A DNA stretch of 63,725 nucleotides, counting the filler, from Stramenopiles sp. TOSAG23-3 (lineage: Eukaryota): the NCBI GenBank assembly GCA_900128585.1. It is 28 parts of 28 records of this genome, joined end to end, with 100 filler letters (N's around TTAATTAATTAA, not from the genome) between each part and the next. Parts side by side here need not be neighbours in the genome. Positions count along the whole stretch, not along the records: positions 22,901 to 25,084 come from LT645011.1; positions 25,185 to 27,367 come from LT645012.1; positions 27,468 to 29,650 come from LT645013.1; positions 29,751 to 31,933 come from LT645014.1; positions 32,034 to 34,213 come from LT645015.1; positions 34,314 to 36,492 come from LT645016.1; 22 more parts are not named here. One strand, 5' to 3'. The notes beneath the pieces were generated by a model. It had not been told where the DNA came from, searched no databases, and saw only the letters and a list, made by a program, of their open reading frames with translations. The number at the start of each line of letters is the position of its first letter. Position 1 is the first letter of the stretch. The position numbers and the translations under genes are program-made. Positions 23,714 through 35,666 of this stretch are shown here, piece by piece.

Positions 23714-24769
23714 AATGAATGTGCGCGCACTGTACGTTCGTCTGCGCGTTCGTACGTACGGTTTTATCACTTCACCTTTTTTCTGGTTGGTTCAAAACAT
23801 TTTTCTTGTCAATTCGTTTCAAATGATATTATTATACAGTACCTGTAAAATAATAAATTAAGAAAGTGATATAGCTCTAGTCTAGTCTTTATAATAACTA
23901 AAATAATATAACACTGGTAATTTAAATTTAGTCTAATAAAAAATATTATTATTATTTTTCTTCTTCTTCTTCTTCTTTCTTCTTCTTCTCTAAATCAATT
24001 CATAACCAATTTTTTTTGAAGTTGGGCAATGAGCTGATACCTTGGTAGCTAGACTATTTAATGAAGAATGAAGAAGCAAGGAAAAACGTTGTCTTAATTT
24101 ATTGATTTGTGCGTGTTCAGCATTTTTTGTAATTATTTACATTTAATAAATTCGTATTCAATAACAATTTATACCTATTAAAATAAAACATTAACTATCA
24201 TAAAGTATAAAATCTTTCTCATTCTCTTCCTATCATCATTTACTATAATTAAATTATTTAATATATATAGCTGAATAGTGAGTCTTCTGCTAGCTTCTAG
24301 CTCCCTCCTACGAGATTATTGTTTTCAATGATTATTTTTATAAATGCTGTATACCTGTACTTTGAAATAAAAGCTTTTATAAATAAATAGTCCATCACTC
24401 TTCTTCTTCTTCTTCTTTTACCGCACCGGTACCGGTAGTACAAACATGCAAACAGCATTGAAGAAGAAAGAAAGTAAGTCGATGATGTTGAAATAGCGGG
24501 TGAATAATATGATGAAGAAGTGATCTCGAGCCTCAACAAGGAGGAGCGGCGATGGTGGCGAGCGAACGGCACAGGCGACGAGAAGAGGAGGTGGTGGTGG
24601 GATTTTCTACAGTATTCAATTCAAGCTTGAGAATTTAGGATGGAATAGACAATAGTTCAAAAGAAAGAACGGCGAATATCGAATTGCAGCGGGAAACTCT
24701 ATAGCTTTGTCGCCTCATCAGTTAAAGCGATAAACACAATTTATATATTTGCTACCTGGTATTGCTGAG

Positions 24770-25084
24770 ATGGACGAACCGAAGAAGGGTGCTTTGTTGG
24801 TTCCTGGCCTTGGGGTTGAAGGGGTTGACTCTAATATTCCAACAAATGCTCAACTTCGAGAAGAGGCGCCGCCAGCACCTTGTACATCCCCGCAAGGGCC
24901 TCCATTGCCGCCGAGGGAAAGAGCTGCATCACCGCCGCCGCCACCGCCTCCACCAGCACCCGTTGGCAAGGCTAGCGGTAAGCTTCCCACCCCCGAGTTA
25001 GCAGGCCAAGGAAAGGCTTTGCCGGTCGAGACGAAACCAAAAAACACTTTTGCTGAAGAGGTAGAGCACATTAAAAGTTACCAG
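24770..25084 (+). CDS. Proline-rich protein N-terminus (3'-partial)
   Basis: ATG-initiated GC-rich frame with a poly-Pro tract, open to the contig end. Confidence 0.6.
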
Positions 25085-25728
25085 NNNNNNNNNNNNNNNN
25101 NNNNNNNNNNNNNNNNNNNNNNNNNNNNTTAATTAATTAANNNNNNNNNNNNNNNNNNNNNNNNNNNNNNNNNNNNNNNNNNNNTTGTAGTTGTGTGTTG
25201 GTTCTTCTTCTTCTTTCTTTTATTATTTTATTACATAAGATCAAAGAAAGAAGAAGAAGAAGAAAAGAAAAAAAGAAATAATAAAATTATAACGCCTCTA
25301 TTATCTATATAAATTATATACATAGGAATAGTATCACTGCAGTGCAATTGATTGGCTTATTTTTGCCTTTGTGTTTTTTTTGTGTTTGGTTTATTTGGTC
25401 GGTTGGGGTTCTTTCGTTGTCCATTGAATGGATTGAAGTATTATAATACCAAAGTATATCATGCGTGTGTGTGTGTGTGTGTGTGTGCAGGAATCAACCT
25501 TTTGTGCGTGTTGTATTTCTGATTGAAATGTAAGCTGAGTAATGGATGGAATTTCATCACAAAATTGAAAAACGAATGGTCTCTCTTTTGCTATTTTTAA
25601 TCTAAAAAGACACTTTACTTTGACCCACATTTTAAAGATAGACCGCTGACTTTAACAAATCCGAAACAAAATATTTCTTAAATAAAAAAACACTCTCTCC
25701 TTTTACATACACCTTTCTCTTTTCTTCA

Positions 25729-26835
25729 TTAGGCAGCAGCATGTGGCAGCGATGCGTGTTTGTCACTGTTGCTTACAACCAAGTAGCCGCGGGGCAACTT
25801 GCTGTCGCTGTCAAAAGGTTTCATGGCTTCAAAAAGCAGGCCCACGGGCGCCCAGAACGGAAAATACTTGAACCGTGCGACGTCCATAACCAGGGCCATG
25901 TCGTTCTGGTCGTCGTACGCGCCGACGCAGGAAAAATGTCCGTGCTCGCCTGTCTGTCCAAGGGACGCTCGAGAAAAACTAGCTATCATGCGTTGCCTCG
26001 ACCCAGCTGTGTTCGGCTCTTCGAAGGCGTGGGCGGAGTCGACCTCCGCGCAGACCCGTAGGATGTCTTTCCGCAACTCGTCCTCCTCCAATATTAGGCC
26101 GGTATGAAGGTTTCTGCTGTCTTCGACGCCATGCCCGGTCACCACCCCGTTCTGTTCCATTGCAGCTGCCAGGCCGCAAACGCTCTCGCTTGAAGCAGCG
26201 TAGCGTTGTTCCACGTACTTGGCATTGCACGACGCTAATCTGGCGACCTCGTGCAAAGGGAGACCGTCCCTACGAATCCTTTCCAAGCCGCTGTGCTTGT
26301 CGCAGCAGCCGAGAAGGCTGGTTTCAGTGAACCAGCGCCATGGGACTCGTAAATCGTCCGGCCATGCTCGGCGTTTGGGGTCTACCCCAAGGCTATTCAG
26401 CGCCATGCACAGCGACGTAAGCGCGCAGAATGCCGGCTCGGACTGCGTCGTGTAGTTCTCGGCCAGGTTCCAGTAGCTTCCATTCAACATTCCAGACCCC
26501 AACGCGTTACCGAACATCTCCCTCCCTGCTGTAGAGTTGAACGGGACCAGGGAGGGGTGAGCCTCCTCCAACGGTTTTTGATAGCAAGATGGGACTGCCT
26601 CGGGAGTCACTAGCTTCGGCGGGGCGTCCGTTTGCGAAACCTCCACACGCACGCTGTACGGCCGTTTTCCTGCCTTGAGGGCACTACAACCACGCCCCGC
26701 CGCCCCCCCCGCGACAATATCTTCAATGTCCACCAACTGACACCCAGCTTTCCCCGCGTTAGGGCACGAGCCAGCAAAAGAACAGCCCCCACCACCAGGC
26801 CGAAAAAATAGTTTGCATATCCGCGCGGTCGCCAT
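25729..26835 (-). CDS. PCS: Phytochelatin synthase (glutathione gamma-glutamylcysteinyltransferase), catalytic domain
   Basis: Cys-His-Asp triad motifs TQSEPAFC, GHFS, DVARFKY; also PWRWFTE. The first in-frame ATG is at 26835. Confidence 0.92.
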   Translation of the reverse strand: MATARICKLFFRPGGGGCSFAGSCPNAGKAGCQLVDIEDIVAGGAAGRGCSALKAGKRPYSVRVEVSQTDAPPKLVTPEAVPSCYQKPLEEAHPSLVPFNSTAGREMFGNALGSGMLNGSYWNLAENYTTQSEPAFCALTSLCMALNSLGVDPKRRAWPDDLRVPWRWFTETSLLGCCDKHSGLERIRRDGLPLHEVARLASCNAKYVEQRYAASSESVCGLAAAMEQNGVVTGHGVEDSRNLHTGLILEEDELRKDILRVCAEVDSAHAFEEPNTAGSRQRMIASFSRASLGQTGEHGHFSCVGAYDDQNDMALVMDVARFKYFPFWAPVGLLFEAMKPFDSDSKLPRGYLVVSNSDKHASLPHAAA

Positions 26836-27245
26836 AATTACGTAAAAAGAAAGGCCAGAAAAGGAAAGGACAAGAAAAATACCTACATACACAACAACGC
26901 GCGTTCAGTGACGTCGGTCTTTTTTAAAACTTTCAATGATTTAATCGCTGGAAGTATATAACTCTTCACTTTTATATATATATATATGTACATAATCTCT
27001 TGGAGAAAGTACAAATTTTTGTGGTGGAATGTTCGTTAGTTGTTTGATGATGGATGGGTGGGTGGATTGTATGGTGTTAGTTATTGTATGCTGTGTGTGT
27101 ATGTTTTAAAAAAAACGCGCGAAATAATAACAAATTATTATGAAGTACAAAACATAAAAAATAGAAGTACAACAACCAAAATTGTACATTGCAATGCTGT
27201 ACAAGTTCTTAGTGTACAATAATTTATATCCTATCTGAAGGGAAT

Positions 27246-27367
27246 TTACGCCTTGAGGACAACTTCTGCTGCCGCAACCCCCGGTCCCTGTGGCTGTCCT
27301 GCGACAACCGCAGGGGCAACTGCTTGGACCGGTGGCCTGGGCAAGATTCCTCTCTTCTCCATCCAGC
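27246..27367 (-). CDS. 3' end of a hypothetical protein
   Basis: GC-rich frame WMEKRGILPRPPVQAV...VLKA* running in from the contig end. Confidence 0.4.
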
Positions 27368-29053
27368 NNNNNNNNNNNNNNNNNNNNNNNNNNNNNNNNN
27401 NNNNNNNNNNNTTAATTAATTAANNNNNNNNNNNNNNNNNNNNNNNNNNNNNNNNNNNNNNNNNNNNGGCAAAAAAAAAAGAAAATCATCTTTTTTTTTT
27501 TGTTCGACCGACCGATGATCCCAAAATTAATTAAATACCCTAATTTTAACCATTATATAGATTCACTTGAGGATTCCAAAGACGACGTACAAAGAGACCG
27601 AAAAAGAAGGGCGGGACGAAGATAACCCTGATCACAACCAATACACTTTTTTTACCAGTACTGGTACTACTAAAAAAACCACGGAATAAAATTTCGAAAA
27701 TATAGACTACGAGGACCTAACAAGAGAGAAATAAAATTTAATAAAATGTCAGATGAAGAATCCATTGTTCTGTTGTTCTTTGTTCTTCAATTGAATAAAA
27801 TCAAAAAAAAGTAAATCATCATCGGGTCAAAAAAAAAATCCTGTAGTAATATTAATAATATTAAAATATTTGATTGAATGATCTGTTCTTCAATGTTATT
27901 TCTATATTATTAAAAAATTAAAAAATCCAAAAAAATGTCGGCTTTTTTTAAAAACAAGAAAGAAAGAAAGTTCAATCCTATTTTATTAGAACGACTATAT
28001 GTAGTACTATTTTATAATAAAGAGGTATAATAGTCTAAATAGCACGGTAGCACGGTTGGGATATATTTTTTATTATACCAGCCCTTCAAAAAAGCATGTC
28101 CTCCACGTTATTTAGGCTTATTCTTATTAGAAAATACCCCCCCCGCGCCTACCCACCATCCAACTATTTCATATTAGACGACCCACTATTTATTAAAACT
28201 TATTATTTCTTCATACTGTATACAGTTAATATGGACTTCTATTAAATATAGTCTTACCACCATCTTCCTCCACCTATATGTACACCACGCTCTTTCATAT
28301 TTTCCCACTATTTACCTGTTACCGAGCTATTTTTTTAATTATTTTTTTTGGAATTTGTTTTGTCGGCGTCGCCCGCGTGTCGCCAATAATTTCCATTGTA
28401 CTCCTTTATATAGATATGTACACCACATACATGGATTCAACTTGTGCCACCGTGTGCCACATAAATATCCTTCATCCCTTCCTTCTTTTCAGATTGAACC
28501 CATATTCTTTTTTTACATTACACAGCATTAAGTAACCCACTGGTTTAGGGCACCCCAATCCTATTTTTGAGTTATTTAGTTGCTCCTTGTTAATCCCATT
28601 GTAATCACACTGTAACTCTACTAACCCACTGATTTAGTGCTATTCAATGTTATAAAAGTAGGTAAATGGAAAATTATCCACCTAGGTCGATTTTTTTGGT
28701 TCATATCCTATGCTATTACCTTCTTATAATGTTAATGAGATTAAAACGATTTTAGGAGGTGGTGTCCTGTTATTTAAATGTAAAAGAAACACAACTTTCC
28801 CGACTAATGTACTCACTCTTTTTACAAGGTATAGGTGTTCTAAACCAAAAGAGTTAGACAAGATTTCACGTTTAAAATGCCGAGAAACACGATCTCAAAC
28901 GATTTGGTTGATTATTTACTACGCCACGCCGCCAGTTGCACACCACAAACAATCACTACGTAATCCGCTGCCGACCATTTGTCGCCGCATCACGGAACCC
29001 TAGCTACCCCCCTTGCGCTCCCTTCACCCCTCGCCCTTTCCACGCCCTACACC

Positions 29054-29650
29054 ATGGAAGTGCCCAAGATGCCGAATGCCCTAAACATTGGATTCTCTGC
29101 CTTGATCTCAGGAAAGAAAGAGCTGGACGTCTTCTCGTCTCTCGTTGACGTTACTTCTCCAGATATTCTTAAAGGAACCTTTGTCTCCGTGCCTCCCACC
29201 ATAAAGAAGGAGAGCTGGATCATTAAGCAAGAAAAATTGGAGCGCAAGAAGCGGAAGCGACAAAAGGAAAACCTACTCTTCGCAAAGAAGAAGGCCAAGC
29301 TCAAAGCCATCGCCAAAGAAGAGCGAAAGAAAGCTAAGCGGGCGGCTGCAAACATGTGGTCCGGGCGCTGCAGTAAATGCCAGAAAAACGGGAAGGGCGC
29401 CAACTACTGTCGAAACATTGTGTGCCACCGCGGCCCGGACTGGCGGGTAGAACGGGATCGTATCCTGATGCTGTCCAACGGCGGCATCCTTCCCCCGAAA
29501 TCGTCCGCAAAAAAGAGAAAGCTCGCAGCTGCAAAAAAACTGCATCAGCAGCAACAACAAAAACTCAAGGGGTCGAGACAGTCAGCCTTGGGAAAACGAC
29601 CAAAACCACCAACAGCTCTCAATAGAAACCCAAACATCGTTCGCCTCGAG
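29054..29650 (+). CDS. Lys-rich nuclear protein with CxxC-x9-C-x5-H zinc-binding motif (3'-partial)
   Basis: RCSKCQKNGKGANYCRNIVCH; multiple basic NLS-like runs. Confidence 0.6.
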
Positions 29651-30099
29651 NNNNNNNNNNNNNNNNNNNNNNNNNNNNNNNNNNNNNNNNNNNNTTAATT
29701 AATTAANNNNNNNNNNNNNNNNNNNNNNNNNNNNNNNNNNNNNNNNNNNNACAAAAAAGAAAACGAAACATTTCTTCAGACAGTCGATTTCAAATTTATA
29801 AATTATTTATTGTTTTTGTTTATATTAAATTATTAACATTAATTATTATGTCAAATTATTATTATATATTATATATTTTATTCCTCCTTGCGACGTTATT
29901 AATTTCTTGGCGGTTAATTTCACTGGTCAAGCAAGATGGGGGTTAATTGTGAGGGTTAAATCGTGAGCTCTCTACTCCTCACTGTTCTACTCGTCTCACT
30001 GTTCTTCCTCATCGCTGCTTGAAAACGCCCAGTGGCGTTCAACTCTTCGGAATCCTTTAAACAAAACAAAAAAAAAAAATTTCCTGCTTAAACTACTCT

Positions 30100-30298
30100 G
30101 TTGAGTCAACGCTTTGAAGTTATCACAGTAGCTTCAAACATCACGAAGACTGAACTCTTCGAACGTTCGTCACCACTTTTCGCCCTTGCTCGAGTTTCAC
30201 TCATGGCGAAGGCTTGACAACTAGACCTCTGTTAGTGAACGTCGTTATGCCCATTGCGTTATGCATGGACTTCACTGGTTGAGGTCATACTATCCAAC
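30100..30298 (+). ncRNA. Candidate structured RNA of unknown family (four consecutive hairpins)
   Basis: Stems at 30113-30138, 30144-30161, 30169-30218 and 30224-30286. G-U pairs favour the + strand; no credible ORF. Confidence 0.5.
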
Positions 30299-30736
30299 TT
30301 CTTCTTCCTTCCTCGCTCTTCCTTTTCTCCTCCACTTTTTATTCGCTCTTCCTTCTCCTTCTTTCTTCCTCTCTATGCATACTCCCCATCCATCTTCATG
30401 CTGCTGTCTCTATTCTCCTCTCTGACTTCCTGTGCTGTTACCCCTCTTGAAGAAATTATCGTCCGTCCGTCGTAATAAACTTATATATCTAATTCTAAAT
30501 ATAGTCGAAATATTATTATATAATAAAATAATAATAAGGCTATTTGAAAATGATAATGATGAAAAATCGAAACTTCATGAGATACATACTATGTACTATT
30601 ATTATTATGTTAGTAAGTAGTGGCGGAAGTTAACGGTGTCGTTACCCATCCGCCGTTTATAATTGTTGTAAGTAAGTGCGTGACTTCAGGAAGGCCGAGA
30701 CCGCACGATCTCATTGCAAACGGGCCTAGGCATCCC

Positions 30737-31639
30737 ATGGCTTCGATCGCAGCAGAAAAGGGCGAGCGGAGGGACATGATTAAAAAGTTGCTAACCGAAG
30801 GCCGACTTCTTGATGCAATATCTGAAGGGTGTACGGACAAAAAAATCAAAGTTGTGCAAAAGAAAATAGAGGCATGTCTAGTTGAGGCCGCAAAAACGTG
30901 CGAAGAGTCGAAATGGAAATGCGTTTACGGTTCAGAGGCTGAACCAGGAAAGCTACGTTCAGATTTTTTTCAAGAAAATGGTACATTATCAATTAGATTT
31001 GTTGCCCCTTTTGATGTTCCTTGCACATCTTTGGCCGCCATTGCCCGAGAGTTTGATTTGGTAACCTCATGGAATAAATTTTGTACTAATGCTTTGATTT
31101 TATCAGTGCATTCCCTAATGTCTTTAAGTGCCTACGCGGAATCTTGGTTGCCATGGCCGTATGCAAACAGGAGCTTGGTACTAAAAGCGCTTGCGTGTGA
31201 CGTCTTGGATCAACATGGCTGTTATTGTATACTCCTGGAACAAATTGCTGCATTAGATGAAGAGAAAAGCCAGTCGCCTGAAGTTGTTTCAGTCAGAAAG
31301 ATTGTTCCAGAAAGTGCAAGTGTTGAATGCGATGTTAAAGAAGGTTCTTTTATTAAGCTGGTCCCAATAGCAAAGGACAAGACCGAGGCCACTATGGTTT
31401 TTCATATTGATGCAAAAATGGCAATGGCGCCTGATTTTTTGATACAGTTCTTTTTTTACTTTATGACTCCATGGATATACAATATGATGAAAGGTGTTGT
31501 ACAAAATGCCGTTGAGGAATCTTCTCCCTACAGTAAACGGTTTAAAGAGCATGAAGATTTTTACAACTTGATGAACCAGCGCAGTCTTGCTTTTATCGAG
31601 GCGTCCGAGAGTGGAGGAAAAATAAAAAAAGAAGGATAA
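30737..31639 (+). CDS. START/SRPBCC-like lipid-binding domain protein
   Basis: AREFDLVTSWN, WLPWPYANR, IDAKMAMAPDFLI pattern. Confidence 0.75.
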   Translation: MASIAAEKGERRDMIKKLLTEGRLLDAISEGCTDKKIKVVQKKIEACLVEAAKTCEESKWKCVYGSEAEPGKLRSDFFQENGTLSIRFVAPFDVPCTSLAAIAREFDLVTSWNKFCTNALILSVHSLMSLSAYAESWLPWPYANRSLVLKALACDVLDQHGCYCILLEQIAALDEEKSQSPEVVSVRKIVPESASVECDVKEGSFIKLVPIAKDKTEATMVFHIDAKMAMAPDFLIQFFFYFMTPWIYNMMKGVVQNAVEESSPYSKRFKEHEDFYNLMNQRSLAFIEASESGGKIKKEG

Positions 31640-31851
31640 TAATATGTATGAGAAAAAAAAAAGAAGAGTAATAAGAGAGAAGACATTATATAATCGTTGA
31701 AGCAGTAAATTAGTATACAGGATTTTATTTGTATACATCACCACAGCGTTCTTTACATGAACTGATGTTTGTTTTCTGTGTTCTGTGTTGTTGTTTATTT
31801 AGCTTTGTGTCGGCCGCGCCCGCCCGCATCTTCACCATCATTCTTCTTGTG

Positions 31852-31870
31852 TTCTTCTTTCTTTCTTTCT

Positions 31871-31933
<63 letters not shown>
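31852..31933 (+). repeat. (TTTC)n microsatellite
   Basis: Tetranucleotide run at a contig end. Confidence 0.97.
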
Positions 31934-32856
31934 NNNNNNNNNNNNNNNNNNNNNNNNNNNNNNNNNNNNNNNNNNNNTTAATTAATTAANNNNNNNNNNN
32001 NNNNNNNNNNNNNNNNNNNNNNNNNNNNNNNNNAATTTATGTCCAGTAAAGTTTTACTTCCTTCATGTGCTGCGAATTTATTTCTGCTTTTGTCACTTTT
32101 CATATATAGAAATACCATAAGCGTTTTGTCACCTTTTCATATAAAGGACAGTGGAAAAACGAAAATTTCCGAAGCCTATGACTATTTCGTTTTTAAGTAT
32201 TAAACAAGTACAATACAGAGGATGAGATGAAGGTTTGAAATTTCCTTATCAGTACTCCGTGGTTTGCATTTGACCCTTCAGGACACACACGCCTGGCCTG
32301 GTTGGGCCGTTTTCATAATGTACGTCATCATCCATAGAGAACTATTCGGAGCCGCTTGTGGGAGCTGCAAACGCTTGCTAACTCCGAGCGGCTCTACATT
32401 TATTATATTATGTTTTGGTAAATTTTTGTGAAAAGGCCATATTGCGAGGCGCGTCCCGAAGAGTAATTCATTATTAAGGTAATTTGACTAGATATGCTCA
32501 TTTTTGGTCAAATTCCAAAAAAAAGGAGAGAGGGGGTTGTAATACATACGCCTACTTTATGAGACTAACGCTCAGTAGTGATGTGCTTTTGTATATCAAA
32601 TACTTCTACGCAGCTATTTTTATTTCTGTCAAGTAGTTACACATCATCTTCTGTTCTTCAGTTATAAATACAAAAAAAATTTGACTCACTGCACACCATC
32701 GAAAACAAAAATCCGGTTTGGTATCATGTCAAGAATCAATGATAAAACAATGAAGAAATGGGAAATGTTTATCGACCACAACGCTTTGTTAAAGAAAGAT
32801 AATAACGTCACCCCATACGCCGATTGTATCGTTCTGTGAAGAATTTCCAAATCTCA

Positions 32857-34213
32857 ATGTCTGATTTAGAATGTCAAGAATGCTATATGAAATTTGCTTC
32901 AAAGGCAGAACTAGCAAATCACAAGGAACATTTTTGTGTTGAAAGTGAGTATAGAAAAGCATTGTCGTTCAATGAAGTAAAGGACTATTTAAAGAAACGG
33001 ACATTAGCAGCTGGTGATCCACATGTGGCCTCCATGTCATTGAAGGATATGCGGCGCAATTTTCAGAAGGATGGAAAAAAATTGGAGGAATTGCATTTAC
33101 ACATAACTCGACAAAGGGAAATTGAAAAGGCAGAAGAACTGCGGCTTTTGAAAGTTAGGCAGCAAAAGGCAAGGGCTGAAAAAAATAAAGAAGAACGTGA
33201 ACTGCGAGATTTAATATCTAAGTTAGAGAAGCAAAAAGAATCAGAAATACGAAAAAGAATGGAAAAGGAAATGATAAAACGAGAATTAAGGGATCTTGAT
33301 GCAATACAGTTAAAACAGATCGAAAATGATAGGAAACAAGAAATTGCGAAATTAGCTCGAGAACGTGCCGCATTGAAACAAAAAGAAGAGGAAATGGAAA
33401 AGGAAGTAGAAAAATTGGAAAAGCGATTCACAAACCAAGAAAAACGATTTAGAGAAGAACAGAATTCTGTAAATAAATATTTTGAAGAAAAAATGCAAGA
33501 AGGCAATGACAGTAAGAAGAAAGAACAAATGCGATTAGCACAATATCGAGGGAAAAGATCCGCCGAATTGAAGGTACAAAGAGCCCGTTTAATTGATAAG
33601 CAGAAAGATTTGCTGAAAAGGGCGGAACAAATGAAAGTCGATATAGGCAACGGTATTGCCACAATGGACGTCCCCAATACATGCGCGGAAGATTTGCTGG
33701 GAAGGGATGAATTGACTCAGATTGTTGGAGAAGTTCAAGAAAATTTGGGCGAAACACAAGCCAAAGTAGTAAAATTAAAAAATGATATTAAAGTTGCGAG
33801 TAGGAGAGATAAAGAAGATTTTTGTACTTTGGAAGCGGAATTGGCAAATGTAGCAAAACCCACAAAGGAATCTTTCAGCGTGCAAGCAGAGGAATTAATG
33901 GGGAAATGGATATCACAAGAACAACTAGTTCAAGATGAATCCGAAGTTTGTCCAGATGGCCACAATGTAAATGAAAATTATGGCATATTAGCGGACACAC
34001 TAGATGAAATTATATCCAAAACAGCACCAGTTGATAACACAAGCAACAACCCGCAAAGCAAAGTTGATAAACTCAGCACTGTAAAGCAAGCAAATGCCCC
34101 GCCTGTATCCCCGGTTTTTGACGCAGCTGATTCGCGAAGTAAAACTGGACAATTTAGTCCTCCGACTTTATCCCGTACATATATATCACAATCTTATGTA
34201 CCAGCTGGCAGTA
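32857..34213 (+). CDS. N-terminal zinc finger + long coiled coil, CCDC17-like (3'-partial)
   Basis: CQECYMKFASKAELANHKEHFC followed by an E/K/R-rich coiled coil. Confidence 0.7.
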
Positions 34214-34645
34214 NNNNNNNNNNNNNNNNNNNNNNNNNNNNNNNNNNNNNNNNNNNNTTAATTAATTAANNNNNNNNNNNNNNNNNNNNNNNNNNNNNNN
34301 NNNNNNNNNNNNNAGGGATATTTATAACATAGGCATATCATTGGGTTGGTTTCCAAAATAATTTTAAAATGCGACATGAATCACTTGGATTAAAACACTA
34401 ATAATATATAATAACCGATTCTTCTTCTTTTCTCTCTCTTTTCTATTCTCTACTACCTTGGTACCTGATGACCCTGACAACCGTTCGACCGACCGATGCT
34501 ATTATATATACACTGATCAATTTAAAAGAGTTGATGTTGCTGGATGAAAGTGTTCTGAAATGAAGGGTCGTTGTATACCAGTCGAGGGTTAAAAGGTCGG
34601 TGTCCGTGTGGTACGTAGACGATAGAGGGGCGTTCTCTACGACCG

Positions 34646-35500
34646 ATGAGTTCCGTCGCTCGGGACAGCGGTGGAGGGGGGAGGGGGGCGTCGAGCAGCA
34701 ACAAGCCGAGAAACCTTCCGGCTGCTTTGCCACGGTCATCAGTTGCGAGGAAACATGTGCATTTGGTGTATGACGAAATTGCGAACCATTTTCACAAAAC
34801 ACGGGTTTGGATGTGGCCCAAAGTGATAGAGTTTATAGAGTCCTTGCCAGCTCAGTCCACAGTTTTGGACGTTGGCTGCGGAAACGGAAGAAATACCTCT
34901 ATGAGGCCGAATGACCTGTTTTACGTCGGTCTTGATATTTCAAGCCAGCTTCTGCGGAAGGTTGTTGGTAGAGGCGTATGTAGCGTTGCAGCAGGGCAAG
35001 AGCACCTTCCGTTTCGCAGCAATTCGTTCGATGCAATAATGTCGATTGCTGTCGTCCACCATATTGTCGACACCAGTGGCAGAGAAACTGCAATGTCGGA
35101 AATTGAACGGTGCCTGGCGCCCGGTGGAACGGCACTCGTGTATGTTTGGATAAAAGAACAGAAAAAGTTCGCACATTTGGGGCAAGACGTGTTGATACCT
35201 TGGCAGTTGCAGAAAAAACATGCTGCGAGTGAACAGCCAAAGTCAAATACAGAGGAGGACTACGTGCCCTCTCAAACGTTAAAGCGGAAGCGGGATGTTT
35301 CTGCCGACGACGCCGGTGAGGGGCGCAACCCCATTAAGAAGACTCTGTGGCGGTACTATCATTTGTTCGAAAAGGGGGAGCTTGAACAACTGTTCAAAAA
35401 CACCGGGAGTCTGACTATTATTGAATCTGGAAAACAGTACAATAACTGGTACGTCATAGTAAAGAAAGCGGGGGAAAGCACAGCGCAGGGAGTCAGTTAG
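34646..35500 (+). CDS. TRM9: tRNA wobble-uridine methyltransferase, Trm9/ALKBH8-MT family
   Basis: HVHLVYDEIANHF, VLDVGCGNG, SIAVVHH, RYYHLFEKGEL, NNW. Confidence 0.9.
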   Translation: MSSVARDSGGGGRGASSSNKPRNLPAALPRSSVARKHVHLVYDEIANHFHKTRVWMWPKVIEFIESLPAQSTVLDVGCGNGRNTSMRPNDLFYVGLDISSQLLRKVVGRGVCSVAAGQEHLPFRSNSFDAIMSIAVVHHIVDTSGRETAMSEIERCLAPGGTALVYVWIKEQKKFAHLGQDVLIPWQLQKKHAASEQPKSNTEEDYVPSQTLKRKRDVSADDAGEGRNPIKKTLWRYYHLFEKGELEQLFKNTGSLTIIESGKQYNNWYVIVKKAGESTAQGVS

Positions 35501-35666
35501 ATACACAAACCAGTTTATATAATACATGATACGTTTATATTTGTTTTAAAGTTTATCCACGACGAGGAATGTTTTTTTTTATATTTGTGTACTCATTCAT
35601 CTTGGGTATAATCGTGTACGCTAAAAGAATTATTAAACTGTACTTAGTATCTTGCAAATATAGCTT

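Noticed and set aside
28533-28640. Imperfect 19-bp direct repeat TAACCCACTG(G/A)TTTAG(G/T)GC
   Set aside because: A single pair with no second locus or coding remnant; too little evidence to call an element.
30020-30298. Identity as U1, U12, SRP, RNase MRP or telomerase RNA
   Set aside because: Only short partial echoes. It lacks ACTTACC, the Sm site, GTAAGGA, the long SRP helix 5, a P4 partner strand and a telomere template.
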